Counted from the first letter of the stretch, positions 10,665-21,290 are shown. The stretch: 64,000 bases of DNA from Candidatus Krumholzibacteriia bacterium (GCA_041484665.1 JBGPIA010000002.1:672001-736000); one strand, 5' to 3'. Notes: a model not told the origin generated them from the sequence alone. A program made the numbers and translations.

Positions 10665-11797
10665 GATACCTCCACGAGTCTGCCGCCCCCCACGACGACG
10701 TCGCCGCGGTAGAGGACGACCGCCTGGCCCAAAGCAGGTGCGCGGTCGGGCTGCTTCAGGGCCACCTGCAGCCGCTGGCCGTGCAAGCGCACCTCCCTCA
10801 CCGGCAGGCCGGCATGACGATAGCGCGTCTTGGCGATCAGGCCCGGGCCGCCCGCCAGCGGATCGCGCAGGAAAGCCTCGTCGCACTCCAGCTCGTCGCG
10901 CAACAGCGACGCGGCGTCGCCCACGACCACGCGGTTGGTCCCAGGCTCCAGGCGCACGACGTAGCGCGGCGCGCCGCCCGCCAGTCCCAACCCCTTGCGC
11001 TGCCCCACGGTAAAGTGCGGGAGGCCGGGATGCGTGCCCAGCACCCGTCCCGCCTCGTCCACAATCTCGCCCGGGCCTTCGCCGTCACCGACCAGCGGCC
11101 GCCGGTCGCCGTCGGGCAGGAAGCAGATCTCCTGGCTCTCGGGCGTCTCCGCCATCGGCAGCCCGTGCGCACGGGCGGTCCGGCGCACCTCTTCCTTGGT
11201 CTTGTCCCCGACCGGGAACGCCAGCAGCGCGAGCAGCGCCGGCGGTACGCGGTACAGGAAATAGGACTGGTCCTTCGCCGCATCCCGTCCGCGCGCCACG
11301 AAGGCCTGGCCCGCGGCGTCCACCTGCAGCCGTGCGAAGTGGCCGGTCGCGATGCGGGCGATGCCCAGGCCGCGCGCCCAGGCGAGGATCCCCGGGAAGC
11401 GCACCCGCTCGTTGCAGCGCACGCACGGGTTGGGCGTGCGACCGCTGCGGTACTCGAGGATGAAATCGTCGATCACTCCCTCCTGGAAGGGGCGCGCCAG
11501 GTCGAGCACCACGTGCGGGATGCGCAGGCCGGCGCACAGCTCGCGCGCCGCCTCGACGGCCTGCGCGCTGCAGCAGCTGCGCGCGCCGAGCGCGCTGGAG
11601 AAGGGCGGCTCGCCGTAACAGAAATTGCGCGTGGTGACGCCCACCACGTCGCAGCCCTGCTGCACCAGCGTCCAAGCGGCCACGGCGCTGTCGACGCCGC
11701 CGGACAGCGCCACGGCCACCGGCTCGCCCGGGCGCGGCTGCGCGGCCGCACGCCAGAGGCCGGTGTCCGCCGCCCCCGTGGCCGCGGGGCCGCTCAT
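10652..11797 (-). CDS. mnmA: tRNA 2-thiouridine(34) synthase
   Basis: SGGVDS, GRTPNPCVRCN, ATGH, KDQSYFL, ESQEICF and TVGQRKGL motifs. Confidence 0.97.
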   Translation of the reverse strand: MSGPAATGAADTGLWRAAAQPRPGEPVAVALSGGVDSAVAAWTLVQQGCDVVGVTTRNFCYGEPPFSSALGARSCCSAQAVEAARELCAGLRIPHVVLDLARPFQEGVIDDFILEYRSGRTPNPCVRCNERVRFPGILAWARGLGIARIATGHFARLQVDAAGQAFVARGRDAAKDQSYFLYRVPPALLALLAFPVGDKTKEEVRRTARAHGLPMAETPESQEICFLPDGDRRPLVGDGEGPGEIVDEAGRVLGTHPGLPHFTVGQRKGLGLAGGAPRYVVRLEPGTNRVVVGDAASLLRDELECDEAFLRDPLAGGPGLIAKTRYRHAGLPVREVRLHGQRLQVALKQPDRAPALGQAVVLYRGDVVVGGGRLVEVSCAS

Positions 11798-12543
11798 CCG
11801 CCCGAGGAGGGCGAGGGCGGCTTGTCCGTGCCCGACGGCAGCTTGGGCGTCTCGGTGGATTCAAGCTGCTCGATGATCTTGATGTTCTCGGCGCTGCGCT
11901 GCCCCAGGTCGCTGGCCTTGTCGAGGTCGACGGCCTTCTGCCATTCGACCTTGGCCTCGCGATAGATTCCGGCGTCGGCGAACAGGATCGCGATGTTGTA
12001 GTGGGCCAACTGCGAGCGCGGGTTAGCGAGCAGAGCCGATTTGAAATTCTCCAGGGCCTTGTCGATCTGTCGCTTCTTGAAGTAGACGCCTCCCAGGTTA
12101 CAGAGCGTCTTCTCGTCCTTGGAATCGATGGCCAGGGCCTTACCGTAGGCGACCACGGCCTGATCGAGCTGACCCAACTCGTCGTACACGCTGCCCAGGT
12201 TGAGCCAGCCCCCGATGAATTCGGGCTTCTGCTCCGAGACCATCTTGAGGTGCGCGACCGCGCTGTCGAGCTGCCCCTGGTCGAAGTAGAGGTTGCCCAG
12301 GCTGAAGCGCAGCCCGTAGTCGCGGGGCTTCTTGGCGAGCTCGCCGCGCAGGAAGTCGATGCGCGTCGTGTTGTCGGGCAGGCTGTCGAGCTTCTTTTGC
12401 GTCTCGGGCGAGAGCAGCGCGTTGGCCGCCAGACAGGTCAAGGCGCCGGCCAGAAGCCACGCCAACGCCGTTGCGGCGCCCAGCGCGCGCCGAGCCGCTC
12501 GCGCGGTCCCGACGCCACCTTCCAGACGCGGATGCCACTCCAT
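11794..12543 (-). CDS. Exported tetratricopeptide repeat protein
   Basis: Four to five TPR units (LGNLYFDQG.LD.A, NLGSVY..LG..DQA, NLGGVY, YNIA.L). Confidence 0.85.
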   Translation of the reverse strand: MEWHPRLEGGVGTARAARRALGAATALAWLLAGALTCLAANALLSPETQKKLDSLPDNTTRIDFLRGELAKKPRDYGLRFSLGNLYFDQGQLDSAVAHLKMVSEQKPEFIGGWLNLGSVYDELGQLDQAVVAYGKALAIDSKDEKTLCNLGGVYFKKRQIDKALENFKSALLANPRSQLAHYNIAILFADAGIYREAKVEWQKAVDLDKASDLGQRSAENIKIIEQLESTETPKLPSGTDKPPSPSSGG

Positions 12544-12620
12544 GATCTCCCCTTTCCGCCCACCGAGCAGGCGAACGTCGCGCAATCCCGGGCCGGCGAG
12601 GGCCCCGTCATGCCGCGTGC

Positions 12621-13910
12621 TCAGAACCACTTCTCCGAGCCCGTGAGGCTGAACGCAAGACGCCAAATCTTCTCACGGACGCCATTCTCCTGCAGCGATC
12701 CAACCTCGCTGTAGCCCAGGGCGATGTCCCCTCGGCTGCCCCCGCCGAGCATCCGGATCGCCGTCCCGACCGTGATCCCCCACTCCTGCACGCGGTGCCC
12801 TTGCAGGCTGTAGTTCCAGCGGCGCACGTAGGCTCCCGCTCGCAGCGCCAGCGGGCCGCCTCGGGCGGCCTCCTCGCGCTCCAGCCCCACGCGCGCCACG
12901 CTCTCGTCCTGCAGCGAGCCCTCGTAGGACGGACGGCCGCGGTAGTGGCTCCAGAGCTCCTGCTCCAGGTCGGCGCCGATGCTCCAGGCCGCTCCCACGG
13001 ACGCCCGTGCGCCAACGCCCCAACGCGGCGGCAGGCGGTCCTTGCGGGTGCTGTTCTCGCGGGCATCCAGCGCCACTCCGCGGCGCTGCACGTCCACGTT
13101 GGCCGTACGCTGGGGAACGAAGTAGCCGCCCAGCGAAAGGCCCCGCAGATCATACACCGCCAGCGCGATCTCGGACGCGGTCGCGGTGAAGACGTCCTCG
13201 CGCACGTCGGTGGGATCGATGAGATCCGTGCCCGCCAGATCGGCCGTGTAGCTCTCGCGGATGGTGCCCCGCTCGAGCAATACCCCCATCCCCAGCCGGA
13301 CGTGGCGGTTCACGCCGACGCCCAGCTCGAGGGGGACCTCGAACTGCGTGCCCTCGCGCTGGATGCGCTCGATGATGGTCGGATTGCTCGCGTTCGGCCG
13401 CACCACGGTCCATTGCGTCGTACGCCGCGCCTGGAAGCCCGAGCCGAAGCCCAGGTGCCGTCCCAGCGGCAGCGCCACGCGCAGCGTCGGGCTCATGAGA
13501 TCGTACCGGGTGATGCTGGCGGCGTCCTCCCGCGAGTCCCGGCGGGCCCATTGGCTGGCCAGGCTCACGGTCACGCGGCGCACGTCCACCAGCTGCGTCG
13601 GCAGCGTGATGTTGGCGTTGAGGGAGTCGCGAAAGGCCAGCCCGGTACCCCCGCGTCCCTCGGCGCGGGCGTCGGACAGGCGCGCATCGCCACCAAAGTA
13701 CACGAGCCCGAACACCGAGTCGGCGCGGACGGGCGCGGGGTGCAGCGCGGCGCAGGCGGCTGTGGCCAGGATGGCGGTCCACACGGCGGTCCACACGGGG
13801 GCCCGCACGCAGGTCCAAACGGAGGTCGCCGCGCGCGCACGGCCGCGCAGCTGCGCGGCGGCGGTCCAGGCCCGCCTGGTACGCGTTCCGTTGCCCTGGG
13901 CGGCGCTCAT
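12621..13910 (-). CDS. Outer-membrane beta-barrel protein (FadL/PorV-like)
   Basis: Signal peptide, 'AR.EG.GG.GLA..D..NA...P.QL' N-terminal hatch, alternating strands, C-terminal EKWF. Confidence 0.65.
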   Translation of the reverse strand: MSAAQGNGTRTRRAWTAAAQLRGRARAATSVWTCVRAPVWTAVWTAILATAACAALHPAPVRADSVFGLVYFGGDARLSDARAEGRGGTGLAFRDSLNANITLPTQLVDVRRVTVSLASQWARRDSREDAASITRYDLMSPTLRVALPLGRHLGFGSGFQARRTTQWTVVRPNASNPTIIERIQREGTQFEVPLELGVGVNRHVRLGMGVLLERGTIRESYTADLAGTDLIDPTDVREDVFTATASEIALAVYDLRGLSLGGYFVPQRTANVDVQRRGVALDARENSTRKDRLPPRWGVGARASVGAAWSIGADLEQELWSHYRGRPSYEGSLQDESVARVGLEREEAARGGPLALRAGAYVRRWNYSLQGHRVQEWGITVGTAIRMLGGGSRGDIALGYSEVGSLQENGVREKIWRLAFSLTGSEKWF

Positions 13911-13918
13911 CTGCGCTC

Positions 13919-15229
13919 CTAATCCCGGTAGTGCGCCGGCGGGGTGACCAACAGCTCGATGCGCGGGCGCAGCGCCGGGTCGCTGGCGTTGGTCCCGAAC
14001 AGTCCTGCCCACCCCAGCTCCAGCAGCTCGCTATTGAGCGCCAGGAGCAGGCCGTCGTCGGGCTGCAATACTCCGTTGACCTTGCGCTGGACGAATTCGG
14101 TGACGTTGACCCGCACCCGGACCGCCGCGCGCAGGTCCACCGACGAGGCGCTGTTGAGCACGGCCTCCAGGGTCGTCGCATCCGCTACCCCGGCGTTGGC
14201 CAACGTCGAGCGGTACGCAGCCATGGCCGCATTGGCCGTGCCGACGGTGCGGCTGCGGTCGATCGGCAGCACCAACAACGCGCGATTGATGGTGGACGTT
14301 GGATCGATGGCGCTCAGATCGAAACGCAGCCAGACACGCGCCGGCAGGTGCGACCCCAGCGCGAGGCCCGGATCAACCGGCGGGTCGGCCGGCCGCACGA
14401 AGTGGGTGAGGTCGTCGATCGCCGGGTACGCGCGGAAGGTCAGGTTGGGATCGCCGAGCTCGATGACGATCTCCGGAGCAACGACCTCCAGCGCCTGCTC
14501 GGGGAGCAGCAGGGAGAAGTGGGTGAGCTGCTTGCTGGCCAACCCCACGATGTTGGTGTCGGGCGTGTCGGTGCGGTCCACCAGCGCCAGTCCCATGTGC
14601 CCCCGCGCCTGGATCCAGCTGGCCACCCGGGTTGAGTCGAGCGGGATCCGGAAGTCGGCGGATCCCGGCAGGTCCCGCGCAATCGCCAGCGAGTCGCCCA
14701 GTACGGCCGCGAGCGTGCTGTCGGCCAGCCCGGCGTTGAGCGTGTCGCGCAGCGCGTAGAGGGCGACCGTGCGCGCGCCGCGCCCGAGATCGCTCGCCAG
14801 GATCTTCAGCTCCAGGCTTACCCGCAGCCAGCGGTACGCGAAGACATGGACGGTGTCCGGGACGGCCGCGAAGTTGAAGCGCACAAGCGGCGTCGCTCTC
14901 CAGCCTGCCGAGCGCTGGGTCCCTAGGTAGAGCACCTCGCGGTCGATCAACAGCTGGCTGGCGGCCGGGATCACCTTCATCTCCTGCACGGTGCCGACCA
15001 CGCTGTCCGGCACGGCGAGGTGGTCCTGCTGCACGTCGATCGGCAGCCCCGACCCTGCGGTGTTGAACGGATTGCTGTTGCAGGCACAAAGCAGCAGAGC
15101 GGGCAGAAGCAGCGCCAAGAGCGGCGGCGCGGGCAAGCGCAGCGCCGAACACGGCAGCGCCGGCCGCGGTGCCCGCCGCAGCAGCGGCCGGGGCTGGGGT
15201 CGCGCCCCAGAGCGTCCGCGCCGGATCAC
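13919..15229 (-). CDS. Lipoprotein of unknown function (DUF4270-like)
   Basis: Lipobox LLCAC; beta-rich; 'LRFDLS.I...TINRA.L' and C-terminal 'RP.IEL'; start uncertain. Confidence 0.55.
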   Translation of the reverse strand: MIRRGRSGARPQPRPLLRRAPRPALPCSALRLPAPPLLALLLPALLLCACNSNPFNTAGSGLPIDVQQDHLAVPDSVVGTVQEMKVIPAASQLLIDREVLYLGTQRSAGWRATPLVRFNFAAVPDTVHVFAYRWLRVSLELKILASDLGRGARTVALYALRDTLNAGLADSTLAAVLGDSLAIARDLPGSADFRIPLDSTRVASWIQARGHMGLALVDRTDTPDTNIVGLASKQLTHFSLLLPEQALEVVAPEIVIELGDPNLTFRAYPAIDDLTHFVRPADPPVDPGLALGSHLPARVWLRFDLSAIDPTSTINRALLVLPIDRSRTVGTANAAMAAYRSTLANAGVADATTLEAVLNSASSVDLRAAVRVRVNVTEFVQRKVNGVLQPDDGLLLALNSELLELGWAGLFGTNASDPALRPRIELLVTPPAHYRD

Positions 15230-15672
15230 CGGCCCGCTCTCCCGGGCAGCGGCGCGAGCTCGGTGCCGACGCTCACGCCCGCGAACCCGGCCTCGCGCAC
15301 CAGATCCAGCAGGTGCACGACGTCGCCGTGGCGCGCGCCGGACTCCGCCTTGATCAGGATGCGCTGCCCGGACGCCCGGCCCGCGATCTGCGCAAGGCGG
15401 GCGGGGAGCGCCGACTGTTCGGTCGCCTTGCCGTCCAGCATCACCGCGCCGTCGGCCAGCAGCACGAGCTCCGACTGTTGCTGCGACTCGCCGGCCCCCG
15501 CCGCGACGGCAGTGGTGGACTTGGGCAGGTCGAGCTTGAGCTCGCCGTGGCGCCGAAACGTGGTGGTGAGAACGAAGAACAGCACCAGCACGAACAGCAC
15601 GTCCACCAGCGAGATCACGTTCAACATCGTGATTCGCCTGCGCCGCGTGTAGGTTCTAAACACCATCTGCAT
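15226..15672 (-). CDS. exbD: ExbD/TolR family biopolymer transporter
   Basis: LNVISLVDVLFVLVLFFVLTT and DLPKS motifs, 'HGDVV..LD..REAG'. Confidence 0.9.
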   Translation of the reverse strand: MQMVFRTYTRRRRITMLNVISLVDVLFVLVLFFVLTTTFRRHGELKLDLPKSTTAVAAGAGESQQQSELVLLADGAVMLDGKATEQSALPARLAQIAGRASGQRILIKAESGARHGDVVHLLDLVREAGFAGVSVGTELAPLPGRAGR

Positions 15673-16292
15673 CAGGAGAGCACCTCGGCGCGGCGCTGGC
15701 GCAAGCGCGACACCAGACGGCTGGCGTAGGACTCGATCTCGACGACGTAGGTCTCGGCGCGCGCCGCGATGAGGTTGTAGGCCACCAGCGTGGGAATTCC
15801 GATCGCCAGGCCGGTCGCAGTGCAGATCATGGCCTCGCTGATGCCCGTGGAGAGCATGGCGGGATCCCCGAGCGCGCCCGAGGAGATGGCGCGGAAGACC
15901 TTCATCATCCCGGTGACCGTCCCCAACAGCCCCAGCAACGGCGCGACACCCGCGATCGTCTCGAGGAACACCAGATTGCGCTCCAGCCGCGGGATCTCCT
16001 GGCGTCCCGCGTCGAGCACCGCGTCACGCATGACCTCCCACGGCTCCCCCGCATGCTCGAGCCCGGCGCGCACCACCGCGCTGAAGGCGCCGCGGCTGCG
16101 CCCGCACAGGGTGATCGCCACGCTCAAGTCGCGCCCCGGCTCGACCGCCTCGGTGATATCGACGATCTCGCGGGGGAGGATGCGACTGCGGCGCAGCGCG
16201 AGCACGCGCTCGAACGTGATCGTCGCCGCCAGGAGGCTGCACAGCCCCAGCGGGATCATGACGGGGCCGCCCTTGGCCAGGAAACTCCACAT
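15672..16292 (-). CDS. exbB: MotA/TolQ/ExbB proton channel protein
   Basis: KGGPVMIPL, APLLGLLGTVTGM and GISEAM..TA.GL.I.IP motifs. Confidence 0.9.
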   Translation of the reverse strand: MWSFLAKGGPVMIPLGLCSLLAATITFERVLALRRSRILPREIVDITEAVEPGRDLSVAITLCGRSRGAFSAVVRAGLEHAGEPWEVMRDAVLDAGRQEIPRLERNLVFLETIAGVAPLLGLLGTVTGMMKVFRAISSGALGDPAMLSTGISEAMICTATGLAIGIPTLVAYNLIAARAETYVVEIESYASRLVSRLRQRRAEVLS

Positions 16293-16430
16293 CGCTCTCT
16301 CGTCCTGCGGTCCCGTGGGGGCCCCGGAGCGGGCCACCCAGGGGGGGACCACCTTAGGGGGTTGGCGGCGGACCTGGCAAGTGGCGCGTCCGGTCGGTGG
16401 TCTGGGTGCTGCCGGTGGTGCCCGCGCGCA

Positions 16431-17582
16431 TCAATGCTCGTGGTCGGGGTAGATCATCTTCAGGCGAAGGACGAGCGAGGGCTCTGGAAAGTCCTCTGGC
16501 AATGCCTGGTAGGGTGCTGTCGACCGCAAGGCGGCAATGCTGTGCTCACGCAGCGAGCTGTGTCCCTCCTCGCCGAGGACTTCCAGGCGGACCAGCTTCC
16601 CGTCGCGCGCGACTTCCAGCTCCACGAGGGTGTAGCCATGGATCACGCCGAGGTAGTACGCGTACGGAGCCCGCCAGTTCCGTTGGACCTCCCGGAAGAA
16701 GTGCTGCAACCACGGCGCATAGGCCCACTTGATGGTGCTGAGGCTGACGTCTCCGAAGAGCTGGACGTTGCCCCCGGGGTTGTCCATCTCCTCCTGGTAG
16801 ATGTCGGTCGTGCCAAGCCGCTGGAGCAGCACCGGCGTCGCCGGCCCACCCTCGCCGCGTCCCAGCAGGTCTTCGCGGGAATCCGCGGTGGACGCCCGGC
16901 GCCGCCGCGCGTCGTCAGCGGCGGCCGCGCTACCGGCGTCCTGGGCGGTGGCGTTCTGCGCGGTTGCGTCCAACGCGGAGCCATCCTGCGGCGGACCACC
17001 CGGGCCGGGGCCCGCGGCGGGCGGGCGCGCTGGCCGGCCGCCTGGGGATGCTTGCGCGCCGGCGGCGGACGCCTGCGCGCCGGCCGGCGGCAGCACTGGC
17101 TGGGGCTGGCCGGCGGGCTCCATGCCGACGTGGGGTGCCTCGCCCCGTCCCTTCAGCTCGGGCAGGCCCGTGTCTTCGCCTCCGGGACGCCGGTCGCGCG
17201 CCCGGCTGTCGACGTTGCTCAGGAAGTCGGGGCGCTCCGGGCGCACGTCGGTGCGGTCCACGGGCAGCTCGCTGAATTCGCTGGGCTGCTTGGGCTCCGG
17301 CGGTGTCGGCGCGGGCCGCTCGCCGCTCACGGCAGCCTGGGATGCGGCCGATGCGCTCACCGCCTGGTCGAAGACGAACGAGACAGGCTCGGGAGCGGAG
17401 GCCTGCAACGTGGCCGGCCCACCCAGCCCCACCCAGCGGGCCCCCAGGCCGCACACGATGTGGAACAGCAGCGCCAGGATCAGCGCCGCCAGCCAACGCC
17501 CCCGCTCGGAAGCCGCCGACTCGCAGGACGCAAACGCTTGCTCGCGGGAGGCGGGCCCGAAGGTTGCTGGCTGAGTTGACAT
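16431..17582 (-). CDS. TonB/TolA-like energy transducer
   Basis: TM with 'LLFH', Pro/Ala-rich linker, C-terminal 'V.RNW..P...V.RDG.L...S...ALR..APY..LP' domain. Confidence 0.75.
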   Translation of the reverse strand: MSTQPATFGPASREQAFASCESAASERGRWLAALILALLFHIVCGLGARWVGLGGPATLQASAPEPVSFVFDQAVSASAASQAAVSGERPAPTPPEPKQPSEFSELPVDRTDVRPERPDFLSNVDSRARDRRPGGEDTGLPELKGRGEAPHVGMEPAGQPQPVLPPAGAQASAAGAQASPGGRPARPPAAGPGPGGPPQDGSALDATAQNATAQDAGSAAAADDARRRRASTADSREDLLGRGEGGPATPVLLQRLGTTDIYQEEMDNPGGNVQLFGDVSLSTIKWAYAPWLQHFFREVQRNWRAPYAYYLGVIHGYTLVELEVARDGKLVRLEVLGEEGHSSLREHSIAALRSTAPYQALPEDFPEPSLVLRLKMIYPDHEH

Positions 17583-17629
17583 GGCGTGAGCACGCACCCT
17601 AACGTGGCGGCGCGCCGGGAATCCCATCC

Positions 17630-18604
17630 ATGCAGCAGGCCTCCACGCCGATCAGCAATCTAGCCGCAGATCCGCGGTACGACGAGCTCGACGCGCGGTT
17701 TCCGGGGCGCCTGCGCCGCGGCGTCCCACTCGCCGAGCGCACCAGCTTCCGCATCGGCGGAGCCGCCGCCATCCTGGCCGAGGTGCAGTCCGCGAGCCTG
17801 ATGGCGGAGCTGCTCGCCGCCGCGCGCGAGCTCGCACTGCCGTGCTTCTTGCTGGGGGGCGGCAGCAACCTCCTGATCGACGAGAGCGGAATCCACGGCC
17901 TGGTCCTTGTCAATCAGATGCGAAGCCAGCGCTACGATGGTGACCTGCTGCGGATCGACGGCGGTGTGGGCTTCAACGACACCATCCTCGACGTGGTGGA
18001 GCATGGACTGGGCGGGCTGGAGTTCGCCGCCGGCATCCCCGGCACGCTAGGTGGAGCGGTCTGGGGCAACGCGGGCTGCTACGGGCAGGCGATCGGCGAT
18101 TTCCTGGTGGAGGCGCGCTGGATCGACCGCCGGGGGAAGATCGAGACCGTGGGCCCCGACGCCTTCGCCTTCGTGTATCGCGACAGCAAGCTCAAACGCA
18201 ACGGCGCGGTGCTGCTGGACATGGTGCTCCAGCTGCTGCCAGGCGACCGCGCGCGCAGCGAGTCGATCATCGCTGAGAACATGGGCCTGCGTTGGCAGAA
18301 ACATCCCCACCTGGAGCCCTGCGCCGGGAGCTACTTCAAGAACGTCCCGCCGCCCGATCCATCCCAGCGCCGCATCCCGGCCGGCCGGCTGCTGGAGGAG
18401 GTCGGCGCCAAGTCGCTGTCGGTTGGCGGAGCGGCGATCTTCCCCAAGCACGCCAACATCATCATCAACCGCGGCGGGGCCACGGCGAGCGACGTACGCG
18501 CCCTCGCGGCCGAGATGAAGCGCAGGGTGGGCCTGCAGTTTGGCATCGAGCTCGAGGAGGAGGTCACCTACATCCCGCCCGACCTCAAGGGCTGCTCCGT
18601 ATGA
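17630..18604 (+). CDS. murB: UDP-N-acetylenolpyruvoylglucosamine reductase
   Basis: TSFRIGG.A, LGGGSNLL, GIPGTLGGA..GNAG, AGSYFKN, KHAN.IIN and LEEEV motifs. Confidence 0.97.
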   Translation: MQQASTPISNLAADPRYDELDARFPGRLRRGVPLAERTSFRIGGAAAILAEVQSASLMAELLAAARELALPCFLLGGGSNLLIDESGIHGLVLVNQMRSQRYDGDLLRIDGGVGFNDTILDVVEHGLGGLEFAAGIPGTLGGAVWGNAGCYGQAIGDFLVEARWIDRRGKIETVGPDAFAFVYRDSKLKRNGAVLLDMVLQLLPGDRARSESIIAENMGLRWQKHPHLEPCAGSYFKNVPPPDPSQRRIPAGRLLEEVGAKSLSVGGAAIFPKHANIIINRGGATASDVRALAAEMKRRVGLQFGIELEEEVTYIPPDLKGCSV

Positions 18605-21290
18605 GCGGCACACTCGCGCGGCGCCCGCCAGCTTCGACATCCACGTAATAGCTCCCCCTCCCCACCGACGCCCCCCGCCCGTCGCGCCCCGACCAGACGG
18701 CCGCGAACCAGCCCGATCCCTCTGGCGTCGCCTGCACGCGCGCCACCACCCGACCGCGCGCGTCGCACACGCGTACACGCGGCGGCCGGTCACCCGCGGC
18801 GCGGAAGCGCAACGTCACCGGGCCGAAGCTGGGATTGGGCGAGGGAGTCAGCAGCACGATCGATCCCGCAGCACTTGCCGCCGCAGCAGCGGATGCCTCG
18901 ACTGCGGCCTGCGCCAGAACGTCGCCCGTCGCAGCCACGAGCGCGTAGCGCTCCGGCCCGCTGGCCGGGGCGGGATCGCGGCCCGTCCAGCTGCGCTCGC
19001 CCGGCGCCGCGGAGCCATCCGCCGCGGCAGGCTGCGCCACGAGCGCGATCGGCCGGCCGTCCCGCACGCGGCGTGCCACGACTTCCACCGAGGCGCTGGC
19101 GGTCAGCTCGACCGCCGTGCCCGTGCGCCGCGCGCTGAGCGCGCCGCGGGCGACCGGCACCGCCTGCTGCGGCTGGTTGAACAACGTGACGATCGCGTCG
19201 CCCAGCGCGTCGAGCACGACGACGTCGCCGCGTCCGTCACCGTCCAGGTCGGCCCCCACCTGGTCGAGCGGCAGCGACGAACAGCGATACGTCACCGGCA
19301 CGACGAAGCTGCCGTCGCCGGCGTTGATGTGCAGCGAGATCTCGCGGAAGGCCGGCGAGGAGACCACCAGGTCGTCTTGGCCGTTGCCGTCCACGTCGAG
19401 CGCGGTGATCCGCCCCGCCCCTACGGGGACCTTCACGTTGCGCGATCCGATGTGGTAGAAACGCGGAAAGGAGCTGAGGATGACCGTGAACGTGCCGTCA
19501 CCGGAGTTGGCGCAGGCGATGTCGGGCAGGCCGTCGCTGTTGAAGTTTCCGCAGGCGATCGTCCGCGGCTCGTCGCCGGCGTCGAAGCGCGTTGGAGCCT
19601 GCAGCCCCGTCGAGTCGCTGAAGGCGACGTAGAGGGAGCGGTACCCATCGAGGGCCAGCACGTCGTCACGCCCGTCGAGGTCCAGGTCGCGCAGTTCGGT
19701 GACCTCCGGCGAGCCCTGCAGCGGGACGGAGTCGGTGGGGATGAAGCCACCGCTGCCGTCACCGCGCAGGACCTGCAGCGCCCCCAGATCGCTGTCCGCC
19801 AGCACGAGGTCGCCCCGACCGTCGCCGTCGAGATCGCCCGCCGCGACGTCGCGCACACCGGCCGACAGCGGCAGCACCACGGGCGGGGAGAAGCCTCCTC
19901 CCTGGCTGAAGCGCAGCTCCACCAGTCGTCCGGGGACGATCACCAAGAGGTCGGGCCGCCCGTCGGCGTCGAGGGACACCCAGCGCAGCTTCGCCGCACC
20001 CGCCGTGACCGACAGCTGCCCCATCTGACGCCAGCGCAGACCGTGCAGCTCGTACAGCCGCACCTCCCTGGATCCGGCGCACAGGACAGCCAGACGGCGC
20101 GCCGCCCCCGCAGCCGGCAGGCTGAGATCGAGACTGATGGGGAGCTGGCCGGTCGCGGCGGAAGGGTAGGCCAGGAAGCCGCTCCCGAAGCTGCGCAGAA
20201 CCACCAGGGCGTTCTCGCTCGACAACGGCGCGACGATCTCGTCGCTGCCATCGCCATCCAGGTCGACCGGCAGGAGCTGGCCGAGCCCCTCGCCGAGGAA
20301 GTACGAGTCCTGCAACTGAGCGGATCCCGTGGCCCCGATGCGGTAGAGGCTCAGGCGGTCCAGCGGGGCCTCGCTGACCACGACGCGCCGCATCGGGCCG
20401 GCATCGGGCAGGCGCGCGAGCCCCGTGGAGGAGGGCGCAACCGGCCACGAGAGCACCGGTTGGAAGCGGCCGTCCGCGGTTCCCTGCATCACCACCACCG
20501 CGCCCTGGATGCCGTCCAGGGCGAGCAGGTCGGGATATGCGTCAGCGTCCCAAGCGCCGAGCAGCAGGCCGCGAGCGTCCCTCACCGGCAGTGACTGGGA
20601 GAGTCCGAAGCTCGCTCCCTGGTAGACGCCGATGTCGTCGGAGAGTGCTCCCGGCTGGGCGATGACGACCTGGGGCGTGGTCGCGCCGGGCCACCACGCC
20701 GCGCGTACGCTCGCGGGCTGGTCGCCTGCGGGATAGGTCTGCGCGGGCTGCAGGATTCCGCCGGCGTTGCGATAGACCGAGAGCAGGTCGGCCCCCTGGT
20801 TGGCCACCAGGACGTCGAGCCAGCCGTCCTGCCCGAGGTCCACCAACGCGAGCGACACTGCCTCGTCGCCGCCGGGCAGCGACTGCACGGCGCCAAACGG
20901 CAGCGCGCCGGTCGTCCCGAAGGCCCAGGACAAAGCCCCGCTGCGCCGGTCGACCCAGACCAGGTCGGTCCGTTCGTCATGGTTGAGGTCGGCGACGGCA
21001 ATCTCGACTGGCTCCCCCCCCACCACGAACACTCGGGGTGGGAGGAGCTCCCCATTGCCGCTCCCCTGCAACATCAGGATCGCGCCATTGGCGCTGCCAG
21101 TGGCGAGCACGTCGAGGACGCCATCGTCCGTGAGATCTGCTGCCGCGATCGAGGTCGGCTGGCCGGGGCAGGAGAACAGGGAGGGCCCGGGGAAGAACTG
21201 CGCGCAGGCCGGGCAGGGCGCCGAGACCTCCGCCAGCCAAACCGCGAGTACGGCCGCCGTGCGAGGCGCCCACGCGCGTCGGGCGGTCAT
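18585..21290 (-). CDS. Secreted FG-GAP repeat protein with C-terminal FlgD-Ig/T9SS-like sorting domain
   Basis: More than 10 DLDGDG.xD repeats; C-terminal PNPS...V.DARGR.V...W.GRD..G.....G.YYV. Confidence 0.85.
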   Translation of the reverse strand: MTARRAWAPRTAAVLAVWLAEVSAPCPACAQFFPGPSLFSCPGQPTSIAAADLTDDGVLDVLATGSANGAILMLQGSGNGELLPPRVFVVGGEPVEIAVADLNHDERTDLVWVDRRSGALSWAFGTTGALPFGAVQSLPGGDEAVSLALVDLGQDGWLDVLVANQGADLLSVYRNAGGILQPAQTYPAGDQPASVRAAWWPGATTPQVVIAQPGALSDDIGVYQGASFGLSQSLPVRDARGLLLGAWDADAYPDLLALDGIQGAVVVMQGTADGRFQPVLSWPVAPSSTGLARLPDAGPMRRVVVSEAPLDRLSLYRIGATGSAQLQDSYFLGEGLGQLLPVDLDGDGSDEIVAPLSSENALVVLRSFGSGFLAYPSAATGQLPISLDLSLPAAGAARRLAVLCAGSREVRLYELHGLRWRQMGQLSVTAGAAKLRWVSLDADGRPDLLVIVPGRLVELRFSQGGGFSPPVVLPLSAGVRDVAAGDLDGDGRGDLVLADSDLGALQVLRGDGSGGFIPTDSVPLQGSPEVTELRDLDLDGRDDVLALDGYRSLYVAFSDSTGLQAPTRFDAGDEPRTIACGNFNSDGLPDIACANSGDGTFTVILSSFPRFYHIGSRNVKVPVGAGRITALDVDGNGQDDLVVSSPAFREISLHINAGDGSFVVPVTYRCSSLPLDQVGADLDGDGRGDVVVLDALGDAIVTLFNQPQQAVPVARGALSARRTGTAVELTASASVEVVARRVRDGRPIALVAQPAAADGSAAPGERSWTGRDPAPASGPERYALVAATGDVLAQAAVEASAAAAASAAGSIVLLTPSPNPSFGPVTLRFRAAGDRPPRVRVCDARGRVVARVQATPEGSGWFAAVWSGRDGRGASVGRGSYYVDVEAGGRRASVPLIRSSP

